From the NCBI GenBank assembly GCA_964019335.1, contig OZ025737.1:1-64000 (forward strand): DNA of 64,000 nucleotides, written 5' to 3'. Both the position numbers and the translations under genes were made by a program. Below, in pieces: positions 1-10,052 of the stretch. This DNA comes from Diplonema japonicum (Eukaryota; Protista; Euglenozoa: Diplonemea). The notes below the pieces were generated by a model, which had not been told where the DNA came from, searched no databases, and saw only the letters and a list, made by a program, of their open reading frames with translations. Every line of letters starts with the position of its first letter. The first letter of the stretch is position 1.

Positions 1-113
1 AATACTCACTGTGTGATCTTTGATCTATTTTTTTCTTTTCCAACCACTCTACCTGGTTCCTTTATTGGCACAGTCGATACCAATAAAGTACAGAAACTGT
101 AGCTTTAGAATCG

Positions 114-2046
114 TTGGTAAAGGAAAAGGAGTTTAAACCATTGACAGAAGCACTAGCCCGCTCTGCACCAATGCTGCTCTCAGCCACACCTACACCTGCT
201 CCAGCAGCAACGCATGCACCTATGCCGCTCTCAGCCACACCTACGCCTGCTCCAGCACCAACACATGCACCTATGCATGCACCTGGTCTAGTTCACACTC
301 CTGCATGCAAGCCACAAGCAAAAACAATAGCAACATCACCATTCCCACCACCTCCTCCAAGATCTCTCTTATCTACTGCAAGCTCCCCAATTCAAACAAA
401 GGTGAGATCTTCTGCAACCACTACAGATCCTCCAAAAACAATAGCAATATCAACATCACCCATCAAGCAGTCTACTTCTTCAACCTCTACCAACCCAGTG
501 GTGACAACAAGTAGTGCAGTGTCCCCTATTCCTGTAAGAAAATCACCTCCCAAAGCAATCCTACCCTCTAATGTTGACTTAGTTCCAACTGTCACTACTA
601 CTTCAATAGCGACATCACCCTTCATACCTTCGTCTTTGAATACCCTTGTTGCGGGTGCTGGAGGCAAGCAGAAGATTGTCAACCTTTATCCTGAAAAGAT
701 AGGGTCACTCATTTTAACATTTGCACCTGGAGAAGTGGAGTATCACCATCCATACTACATAAGAATAAGTAATAACTACCAATACCTTCCTGTGACACAA
801 GATGAAGAAACAATCTTTTTACAGCTATCATTGGAACATGATCCTAATGAGGACTATGCTCACTTACACTTATCAAAGGGAGAGATGTACTTTGCTGGTC
901 ATAAGGTATACGTGAGCAATGACTATCAAGAAATCAAAATACAGAATTTCATACTCCCCTACACATATGAGACACTCTACCTGCTTATGAGACCTGACAA
1001 TACTTTTCCTATTGCTGAGCTCCCTCATAAGGCTTATGATGATTTTATACAATTGCTTCTTAGTATTGGTTTCAAGGACATTCATAAAAGTAGTAAGATA
1101 GCTACCATTGCAAAAAAGATAATTAATACATTGGATGAAGAATATGATCCTAATCTGACAGGTCTTGAAAATGTGAAGAGGGTGTTAAGAGAAAGCTCCC
1201 CTGATGTAGAAATGATATCCCCTTCTGTACTATCGTCAACAAGATATATCACACCATTAACACCACCTCCTCTAATAGATCTTAGATCACCAGAAGAAGT
1301 TACTATAAGAAGAGTGTCTCGTCAATTAAACTTTGAGATTATTGAGAAAGGAGGTGTTGCTAAGTTAATGAGTAATGACAGTGATGGAGCACTTCTACAG
1401 ATTGAGAAAGAATTCCCCAAACAATCCTTAGAAAGATTATCAGGAGGTGATCCTTCAAACGGGTTTGTGAAGGGGAGCGACAATCAGTTCTATATCCTTC
1501 CTACCTAATATCTTAGTACCAATACCTAGTAAAGGAACTACCCCTATTGGTGGTCTTCTTATTTATCACTTAGATGGTAAGGTGTATGTATCAAAGGCAA
1601 TTACACGATATGCTTTATCTACAAACAAGCTATTATTAAATACAGGTGACGACTTTGTAATTACTCCAGAGATAGCAGTTCTTCTTGCAGCCCCTCTTAT
1701 TATGAAAGGGGTTGCCTTTAACAACTATAATCCAGAAGCAATAAGAGGCTTTGCAGATATAAGTACTTCTCCTACATTTGCATCAAGGTCAAACAAAGAA
1801 GATAAACTAAGATCATTAGCAGGAAAAAAGAGAAGAGGTAATGGTGTTGTGTTTAGGGGACCAATTCTCACAACTATTGAAGAAGCACATGGAAGCTTTA
1901 TGAAACTTGCTGCAGCAATCAAAGCTGGTAACAGTTCACAAGAGGCAAGGAATAGAGCAGTTCACTTGCTTGACTATCTTTTTAAGGTAGGAAAGATTGG
2001 TGAAAGAGAACATAAAACCTTAAATAAATGGTTATTGAGTGTATAA
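114..2046 (+). pseudogene. Probable single viral gene split by a frameshift near 1471-1508 (Pro/Thr/Ser-rich N-terminus; C-terminal Polinton-type AGN motif)
   Basis: ORF 114-1508 and ORF 1582-2046. The second has no ATG start, and its frame stays open back to 1471, overlapping the end of the first. C-terminus LAAAIKAGNSSQEARNRAVHLLDYLFKVGKI. Confidence 0.45.
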
Positions 2047-2050
2047 AAAA

Positions 2051-2518
2051 ATGGTTGTTTCAATCACCTTATCAAGTGATGTATCCTAAGCCAACTGACT
2101 TCACCTATGAGATATCTCCAGCTCTTCATCTTGACAGTACTAAGAAGTATGAGATCAGTCTATCAAAGTGTAATATGTACTATTCTTGGACAAACATATC
2201 AGCAGGACAAGGAAACAATGTGTTTGAATATAGTGATGATAATGGAAGTAGTTGGAAGACACAAACCTTTGATGATGGGACCTATAGTATTCCTGAGATA
2301 AATGATCTTATCCCACAAGATATACAACTCACACCTATTGAGGTAAAGATTGTTGTTGCCACAGGGTACCAAGTGAGATTTACTATAGGGTCACTATATA
2401 GTCTCTTAGGATTTACAAGTGGTCAGGTTATATCAACTACTACAATAGCTCCTAATAAAGCAGACATCACAAATGGTGTTGAGTCACTGTTGATACATTG
2501 TAGCTTGGTTGATAGGAG
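2051..2518 (+). pseudogene. Polinton/adintovirus-like penton (minor capsid protein), frameshifted and 3'-truncated
   Basis: ATG 2051 reads MVVSITLSSDVS. One extra base near 2084-2087 shifts to KPTDFTYEISPALHLD...YEISLSKCNMYYSWTNIS...NNVFEYSDDNGSSWK...GTYSIPEIN...SLLGF...DITNGVESLLIHCSLV, a motif string recalled as typical of Polinton pentons. Interrupted at 2519 by a TIR. Confidence 0.7.
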
Positions 2519-4546
2519 CAGTGTTGTTATGAGAATGGGTTGCCCCCCTGAGATTTTCAGGGGGGCACAGGGGAGCAAAAAAAAATTTTTTTTATAGTGT
2601 CCACCCAAAAAAAGTTGTCAAAGACACCCAAAAAAAAGATTTTTTTTTTCTCAAAAGTACCTATCCTAGGCCTTAATAGAGGCCTTTAGTGAAGTGGGGT
2701 GAAAGTGAGATGTTTGGGGGTCAAAAAAAATAGCCAAAAAAAAAAAAAAAGGAGGCTGGTGTTGGCAGCACCCTGCACAAGAACTGTCTACTTGATTACA
2801 GGGGGGTGCACCACAGCCGAGTTGTAGCTTCTTCTGTGTTCTGCATCATTTCCTTAATCACCATGGCCAGGATGTAGCTTCTTCTGCATTCCACATCATG
2901 CCCTTAATCACTGCAGCCAGGTTGTAACTTCTTCTGTGTTCTGCATTGTGTCCTTAATGTGTGCAGTGTGCAGCTTAACCCCAGCCAGAGCAACACAACC
3001 CAGGGTAACCAACATTCTGTGCTCATGCAGTTTGCTGCCAATTCACCCTGAGCATCTACATTATGTTCTCCCACTTGGGCACTACTGGTGGTGACTGACA
3101 TGGAGGTCAACAGCAAACAACACATCTGATGTACTTCTTATATTTCCATGTTATCTCCACCACCTGAATGATATATATATATGAGTTAAAAGAAGCTGGT
3201 GGTGCCCTGCACAAGAACTGTCTACTTGATTACAGGGGGCACACCACAACCGAGTTGTAGCTTCTTCTGCATTCCATGTCATGTCTTTAATGTGTGCAGT
3301 GTACAGCTCAACCCCAGCCAGAGTGTCCCAGGTAACCAAGATTCAGCACTTGTGCAGTTTGCTGCCTGTTTGTCACCCTGAGCATCTGCATTATGTTCTT
3401 CCACTCAGGAGCTACTGGTGATGACCAATGAGAAGGTCAACAGTGAACAACACATCTGATGTTTTTTCATACTATCCCCACCACCTTTGGAATAATATAC
3501 AAGAGTTAAAGGAGGCTGGTGTTGGCAGCACCCTGCACAAGAACTGTCTACTTGATTACAGGGGGTGCACCACAGCCGGGTTGTAGCTTCTTCTGCATTC
3601 TGCATTGTGTCACCATGGCTGAGTTGTAGCTTCTTCTGTGTTCTGTGTTGTGTCCTTAATGTGTGTGGTGTTCAGCTCAACCCTAGCTGGGGTGCCCCAG
3701 GAAACCAAGATTCTGCACTCATGTGGCTTGCTTGGTGATGACTGATGAGGAGGTCAACAGTGAACACATCTGATGTTTTTTTTATATTTTCATGTTATCC
3801 CCACCACCTGAAAAAGAAGATAAAAGTTTTTTTAGCCTACCTTGGGTGGAAAGGGTGCATGGCTGGCAATATTGGGGTTGAAAGGTCCCAGGATTGAGGT
3901 GAAGAAGGTGCCACCACTGACACTTTGCTATTGTTGGCAAGCACTGGAGGTGAAGTAGATTGCAGCTGCAGAGGAAAGACCAACTGCTATTGCTGGGCAA
4001 GGAACCAAAAGAATGAAATAAATTCCACAAAAAAACCAAGTAAGGGTAAAAGGTTTGAATACATAGGTTAAATGGGCTATTAAATTCTTTTTTGATTAAG
4101 TAACCACAGCTGGGTACTTTAATTTTCAACCCATTTTGGCAACACTGGGACTAAAAAATTTTGAATAGGAGGATTTACTCTTTCTTTATTAGGTTTAAAA
4201 ATTAAATAGGTTCAGAAAAAAACTAAAGAATAAATTCAAATGTGTGAAAATGTGTGTTTCCTGAAAAGTGAGTAAAAAGGTGGTAGAATGATATAAATCT
4301 TAAATTTTCGGAAGAAAGTTGATTCCTTGAAGAAAAAAAAAATTCGATTAGGTGACCACAGCTGGGAAACCTACTTCAAGGGGCCATTTTTGGGGAAAAA
4401 TAATTTTTTTTTCTGTCAAAAAAGTGAAAAATATCCTTTTTGAGGGTGCTACATGGGTGGGTCACCCCAGAATAAAAAAGTTTTTTTCATCCCACCCATC
4501 CTGCTCATCCCACCCATCCCACCCAGATTTTCTCATAACAACACTG
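2519..4546. mobile_element. Non-autonomous TIR DNA transposon (hAT-like termini), 2028 bp
   Basis: Perfect 17-bp inverted repeats CAGTGTTGTTATGAGAA (2519-2535) and TTCTCATAACAACACTG (4530-4546). Subterminal 11-bp-stem hairpin at 2541-2567 and CATCCCACC-like repeats at about 4488-4524. No transposase ORF and no matching TSD. Confidence 0.75.
2751..3811 (+). repeat. Three diverged tandem units of about 300-440 bp inside the TIR element
   Basis: Units start at about 2751, 3191 and 3511. Each has CCCTGCACAAGAACTGTCTACTTGATTACAGGGG, GTTGTAGCTTCTTCTG, CAACCCYAG, AGGTCAACAG..AACACATCTGATG and CCACCACCT blocks in the same order. Confidence 0.9.
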
Positions 4547-5860
4547 CTACCAGGACACATGGTGCACCTGAAAGCGAAGATATGTACAGCACAATAACCT
4601 GTTTGATACAGGAGGGTTTGTCCTCCAATATGCTGTGGCAGTGCATAGTTGGGATCGCTTGCCACTATCAAGACCACGACAATTGCAGACTGTGGGTCTG
4701 GTAGGTAGTCTGCTGAGGAGATGGCTCCCACTGCTAGGCAAGGAGTGGTCCTTTATCGTCGCCTTGCAAGGGGAAGCGAATGTGCCACATATGGTAAGGC
4801 AGGTGATCAGGCCTGTGATCACGAAGGAATTGATGGAGAGGACATCTTTTGCTGGAATGGAGACTGTATGTCCGTCCATGAACGGTTGGTCTCCAGGCAA
4901 GGAAGCCCATGATCACCTTTAGGATGAGATGGGTCATTAGTGGTGTGGTGTTTACTGTGCATCCGATTGTGTGGGGGAAGAAGCTAGATGGTCCAGAGGT
5001 GGAAAAACCAGATTTGGCATGTGACATCTGCGACTACCGATGCAAGTCGACGACAGAGATGACAGAGCATGCTTTGTGGGAGTGTGCGATCACAGGAAGA
5101 TCCGTGAGGCGGCGATGTACAGAGGGCTGGGAGTGGTGCTGATGGCCTGCCCACAGCTACAGCCCTGCATGGAATCATTCCAAGGGGGGCGGATGAGGAT
5201 GCTAAGAAACCGGCGAGGATGATCCAGACGTATTTAGTGAATGTCGTGACAGGCGTGACGCCAAGGCGGTGGAGAGGAGTTCAAGGCTACTCACCTGCAA
5301 CCCGTGGGATGAGGTTAAAACTGGGAAACAACATGATGTTCCAACAGAGGCGTTTCTGAAATCGAATGGAGCATCAGGCTTGATCCTGGAGTTCCACTTG
5401 AAGAGCGTCCTCAATGGCTAAGAGGCCTGCAATGGTACGTAGGTAAGAGCAAGACTTCCATCACAACGATGGAGCTCGCGATTGACTATGAGCAAACCAC
5501 CCGCTGGTCACTCATAGGCCCGCTTGACGACCAGGACTTCCTCACGGAGAAAGCCAATAGAATGCGATATCTCTTGGGTCGCATCCAGAAGAGTGCAGAG
5601 AAAGGGGGGCGCAATGCTTTCCCTGCCAAAGCTAAGTCGAGGGTGCATACCTTGCAACATATGGGGGGCCCGACGGCACACGGCTACAACAGGAGACCAC
5701 TCTTCTCCTCGAGCCAAACAGCCCCTTACCTAGCACGACTCCATGTAATGTTCCTCGCCCAGATGCCGTCCATCTCATCGCGACAAACAGCTACCACAGG
5801 CACCAGACAGCAACCGCAGAACGGTGACCGATTAGTGTGAATTTCTACTTGAACAGTGAG
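4547..5860 (+). mobile_element. Degenerate non-LTR retrotransposon (LINE) 3' remnant
   Basis: Broken + strand frames contain ACDICDYRCKSTTEMTEHALWEC (about 5017-5087), matching the CxxC...TxEHxLWEC zinc-binding motif found C-terminal to LINE reverse transcriptases. Multiple stops and frameshifts; no RT core is visible. Confidence 0.5.
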
Positions 5861-6393
5861 CACCCCCATGCACACTGAAACTTTATCAACTTTTTTTTTT
5901 TTTTTTTTTTTGCAAAAAACCAAAACGACAAGTTTAACAATATTATTTCTTTTTCCCCTCCCTTTTTTCGTTTTATACCTTCACCTTGCATAGCACCTTT
6001 TCAAAGTGAGGAACTTTGAAAACGTAAATGTACTGCCAATGCCTTTTTTTTTTCCCTCTTTTTTCTTTCTTTCTCCTACCTTTGCCACTGATGAACTGCA
6101 ACATCGCGGACTGAGAAAGCCCAGTTTTCTTCTGGTGCAGGTTGAAGTAGGGCCACATTCGGGTTTTTGACTGAGTAGTTCTTCAATGTTAGTAGCGGCG
6201 CATGGCTTTGAGGAGGAAGATGAAGACGAACAGGAACCAGTACTGTTGCTCCTTTTTCTTTTCTTCTTCTCGTTGTTGTTGTTGTTGTCGTCTCTCAGTA
6301 CCTGTGTAACATCTTTTCTTGTAGACATCTGTTTATACGTTTGAACTCCGCAGCAAAAAAAAAAAGGGGGAATGTGGTGTTGTGGTTGTATCT

Positions 6394-6542
6394 TGTCCGG
6401 TCCGGTTCAGTCCAGTCCAGTCCAGTCCGGTCCGGTCCGGTCCAGTCCGGTCAGTCCGGCATAATTGGGTCGAAATTCACGCCGGATCCGGTCCGGTCCG
6501 GTCCAGTCCGGTCTAGTCCTAATTAGGATTCACCCATCACTG
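6394..6542 (-). mobile_element. hAT-like transposon terminus with (GTCCG/GTCCA)n subterminal array
   Basis: Pentamer array at 6394-6515 and palindrome TCCTAATTAGGA at 6517-6528. It ends CCCATCACTG at 6542 (reverse complement CAGTGATGGG). Confidence 0.55.
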
Positions 6543-6720
6543 AATCAAGTAGACAGTTCTTGTTCAGGGCACTGCCAACACCGGCCTCCTTTAACTCATA
6601 TATTTATCTCCTAAATATTATTTTCAGGTGGGGGGGGATAACATGAAAAAATATGTGTGACAAACAGGCAGTGCGATGAACAGGCACTGGGGTTGAGCTG
6701 TACATCCCACGCATTAAGGG
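6543..6720 (-). repeat. Inverted partial copy of the 2751-3811 repeat unit
   Basis: Reverse complement reads TTTTCATGTTATCCCC..CACCTGAA..GAGTTAAAGGAGGCCGGTGTTGGCAGTGCCCTGAACAAGAACTGTCTACTTGATT and CTTAATGCGTGGGATGTACAGCTCAACCCCAG, matching the tandem units. Confidence 0.85.
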
Positions 6721-7164
6721 CACCGATCTGTTTACACAGGTTGTATAAACACACCCTCTTGTACATATTATTACACCTACACAACACAACATAACATGGC
6801 ACAGCACAGCATGACACTGTGGTATGGTACAATATAAAACGACACTTTGGTGTTGTGTTACTTCACATTTTTTGTGTCAAGTGAATGAAACGGGAACGAA
6901 AAACACATCATGTTGCTTCACATTGTGTTGCATTGCTGCCAGAGTCGACGAAGATGAGGAAAGCAGAAACAACAGCTTGGCTTAGGTGTGCGAAAAAATG
7001 TGACAAGACAAGAAAAAAAGAAGAGAAAAAAAAAGGTAAACGCATCATGTATGTCAAAAAAAAATCAAAGATTTCCCCCCCCCCTTTTTTTTTCATCCAT
7101 TCCAAGAGGAAAAAAAGAAAAAAAAAAGTTGCAAAACTATCAAAAATAATGACAGTTTTGGGGA

Positions 7165-7385
7165 GAGTCCCGTCGAGTCCCGTATTCCGTTTTAGGGGAC
7201 GGGACGGGACTGACCAACACTGGTCTGGTGTACATTTTGTCTAATCTACCGGACTGACTAGACCGGACCGGATTGGTTGGACTGACCAAACTCGAAAGAT
7301 CTTTGCACATTTGTGGACTTCTTTCCGAATTTTTCCCCCGATCCGTCAGTCTGGTCGAGTCTTAATTAGGATTCGGCCAACACCG
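7165..7385 (-). mobile_element. Two further hAT-like termini with GTCCC/GGAC subterminal motifs
   Basis: Ends at 7222 (reverse complement CAGTGTTGGTCAGTCCCGTCCC) and 7385 (reverse complement CGGTGTTGGCCGAATCCTAATTAAG). The latter shares TAATTAGGATTC with 6520-6531. Confidence 0.45.
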
Positions 7386-7605
7386 GTCACACTTTTCGAT
7401 GACTTTGCTCCCAACATCTCTTGCTATTTTTTCTTCAGACGAGCTGAGTACAAGAATGTCTAGTTTTTCTATTTTGCTTTGCATTTTCTCTCTTTTATCG
7501 ACCTGTGAAGTTACTTCAAACGCTTTTTGCGTGGCTTTTAATTAGTGCGATTTATTCACGCCATCTTACTTTACAGTAGTGATACTTACATCAGGTAAAA
7601 CAACA

Positions 7606-8225
7606 ATGACTGATTACCAGAAGCTGACCGGGTCGCTATCGGCCTACCCTTACCCTAGACAGCCCACCAATCTTGTCAAGGGCTCCGGGATCTACCCCCA
7701 CGTTAACTCCATCAACTGGCTGTCGCAGCCCCAGTGTTCCCCCCCTGGCGAGTTCATCCCAAGAAATTCTTTCCTTGAAGTATGCTTATAAGTCTTTTGC
7801 AATCCACATTTAACAGAAATTTAAGAACAAAGAGACCTGCTTCGAATACTACAGAAGGCTGTACGCACTCGGTTGGACTACCAACCCGCTTGGTACCTCT
7901 ACTAAGATGCCGAGGAACCACAACTGGAGGATGGTATGTTTCTTTACTACAAACCTCACCTACCACAGATGGGGGGTGTGGGTGCTATGGCGTTGACTGC
8001 TCTTGCCGCAACCCAGATCTGGTACATGACCGCTATTCACTACCCTAAGACCTACTGCCAGGACTGGGCTGAGTCTGAGGTTCTCCACCCCCGCTTGTCG
8101 CGTTCCCACTTGCAGAGAAGCGTATGTATCAATCTGAAAACAACCCTCCCTAGGATTTCCAACCCATTGCTGTCCTGGGTCACTTCGACGTCCGCTGGCC
8201 CAGGTGGGCTAAGCTCGAGAACTGA
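7606..8225 (+). CDS. 171-aa single-TM protein, possibly cytochrome c oxidase subunit 4-like; exons 7606-7779, 7817-7933, 7969-8121, 8154-8225
   Basis: Three GTATG..AG introns (37, 35, 32 nt) give one open frame. The TM segment GGVGAMALTALAATQIWYM is followed by YPKTYCQDW, similar to the COX4 'P.T...EW' layout. The gene model is solid; the function is tentative. Confidence 0.55.
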
Positions 8226-8582
8226 GCAGTGTTTTTAAATATAATACCTCAAAAAAAAAGGAAACTACTACCTCGATTGTCTTCACCCCCATTTTTTTTA
8301 TTTTAGCTTTAATGTGCTTTGGGCAAGGGAGTGTTTGGTCCCCCCCCCTATTTTCATTTTCATTTTCATTTGTTTCTTTTTTCTTTTCCCCATTTTTTTC
8401 CACAATATCCTTCATTTTATGGCTGATTGGTTTGTAATAACCATACTTAGTCTAGGGGCTTCTTTTTTTTCCTTTTCCTTTTCTCTTTTCGTTTGCCCAC
8501 CTCATGCACATCGTCCTTATATGTATTATCTTTCCCTTTTTCTTGCACTCACGATCACATACACACAGTACTGGGTCCGACC

Positions 8583-9966
8583 ATGCCTCGGGGGGGCGAC
8601 TATGGGAGAGCATTAGAAGTATGTGTATTTTCTTAACATAACTATTTAACACAGGGTGATGTCATCATGCACCCGGCACCTTATGACAACATCCAGCGAG
8701 GGCGCAGTAGTTCACGGTCACGCCAGCGGCATGCTACAGCGAGTGTCACTAGTGTCAAAAGTAGAGCACTAAGTGTTAGTAGTAATCGAGCTTCGTCCCC
8801 GTCACGATCGCAGGCACCCGGTTCTCTAACAGCACAAGAATTGAATGCTTTCGATGTACTCCAGATGGGCGTTGGTGGAGGTATTAAAATAGATGAGATA
8901 GTAGGCCCACCGGCATCACGCAGGCTTGGGGCACACTCGGGCGCGATTATCAGCGAGGAGTCCGACTTGTACAATTACAGGGGAGGGACACATCCATACT
9001 CTACAAGAACCCCGGTACTTGTGCGACTTGAAGGAAGTGCAATGCATATTGTAAAGTGCCATAAGGGCACGCATCTGATCACACTTCCATTTATCGATAT
9101 TAAAAAGATTGAGGTATGGATCAACACTTTATGCTACTTCCACAGCAATGGGAGAGTCGCGACCGGCAAGCAGGCTTGCGCGTGTACTGCGGTGCTGTTG
9201 CACCGACAGAAGTTTCTATAATTGTCAATGATAAGAGTAAGCGTTTGTCACTTTACAAAATGCTGATGCTCAAAACTAGAGTATGTACACCCACAGCTGT
9301 ATGTTGAGTAACACAGGGTGTAATACTGTCAGTGCCAAAGGAGGCGGTTATCCGAAGGAGTTTGTCATCTGGTGCTGCTTATCTAAGGTATGGTGACACT
9401 TGGCGTTATTCATGTTCAGGCACCTCCCCTCTTCAGCGACGAGAACGAGTGTCTCTTCGGAAGCACCTCAACATAATTTCGCAGAGATAGGCTTAAGAGA
9501 TCCGAGCGTCAGCAGCAATACACATAGTCACGAGGCGATCTACGAAGAGAGCGAAGCAACTCCTGATATACCTCGGGCTTATGAACCCATAAGCACGTTG
9601 CAAACTATTTCTTTTACTGCACCGACCCCAAGTACCCAACCCACCTCCAGCCCAAGTCCGAGCCCTAACCCTGTGCCAGCATACATGACTGATCTCGATA
9701 GGGCACAGAGAAGAGAGCGAATTAAGCAACAACTCCAGGAGCGCAGAGCCGAACAAAATAGAATATCGAAAGTTAGACAAGAAGAGAGCGTAGGCTCTCA
9801 GTCCACACCCACCACAGCCACCTCTCACGCCATCCCTCCTTCCACAGACGAAGAAGCACGGAAAATAGCGAACGAGCGGCGGAAGCAACGTCAAGAGCAA
9901 TATGAAAAAAAGCTTCAAGCGGAGCGGATGCAGCGGCTAAAAAAGCGACAGGAGCCGAGAAACTAG
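8583..9966 (+). CDS. Uncharacterised protein (Ser/Arg-rich N-terminus, small globular domain, C-terminal coiled coils)
   Basis: Introns 8619-8654, 9114-9145, 9281-9316 and 9388-9419 (all GTATG..CAG) join the ORF fragments in frame. Confidence 0.75.
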
Positions 9967-10052
9967 ACCGTAGATCGATGTAAATGTGTAAATATTAACT
10001 CGATTTATTTGACTGTACCGACTAGCAGGCAGGTTAACTTCAATAATTTAAA

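Larger units (their letters stand above)
1..2518 (+). mobile_element. Degraded Polinton/Maverick- or adintovirus-like endogenous viral element, truncated by the window start and by a TIR element
   Basis: Intron-free, AT-rich, CpG-poor, tightly packed ORFs (stop TAA 2044-2046, then AAAA, then ATG 2051). Encodes a penton-like protein and an upstream protein with an 'AGN...LLDYL..G.I' C-terminal motif recalled from Polinton/adintovirus genes. Composition differs sharply from the host genes. Confidence 0.7.

Noticed and set aside
176-275. About 51-bp tandem duplication in the first ORF (and an 18-bp duplication at 56815-56850)
   Set aside because: Real but ordinary in-frame slippage duplications in disordered coding regions.
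2751-3811. CRISPR-like array
   Set aside because: The units are 300-440 bp and homologous along their length, with no unique spacers and no cas genes, in a eukaryotic context.
5981-6328. Minus-strand 115-aa ORF as a transposase fragment
   Set aside because: Low complexity with no BED finger or DDE motif; cannot be supported.
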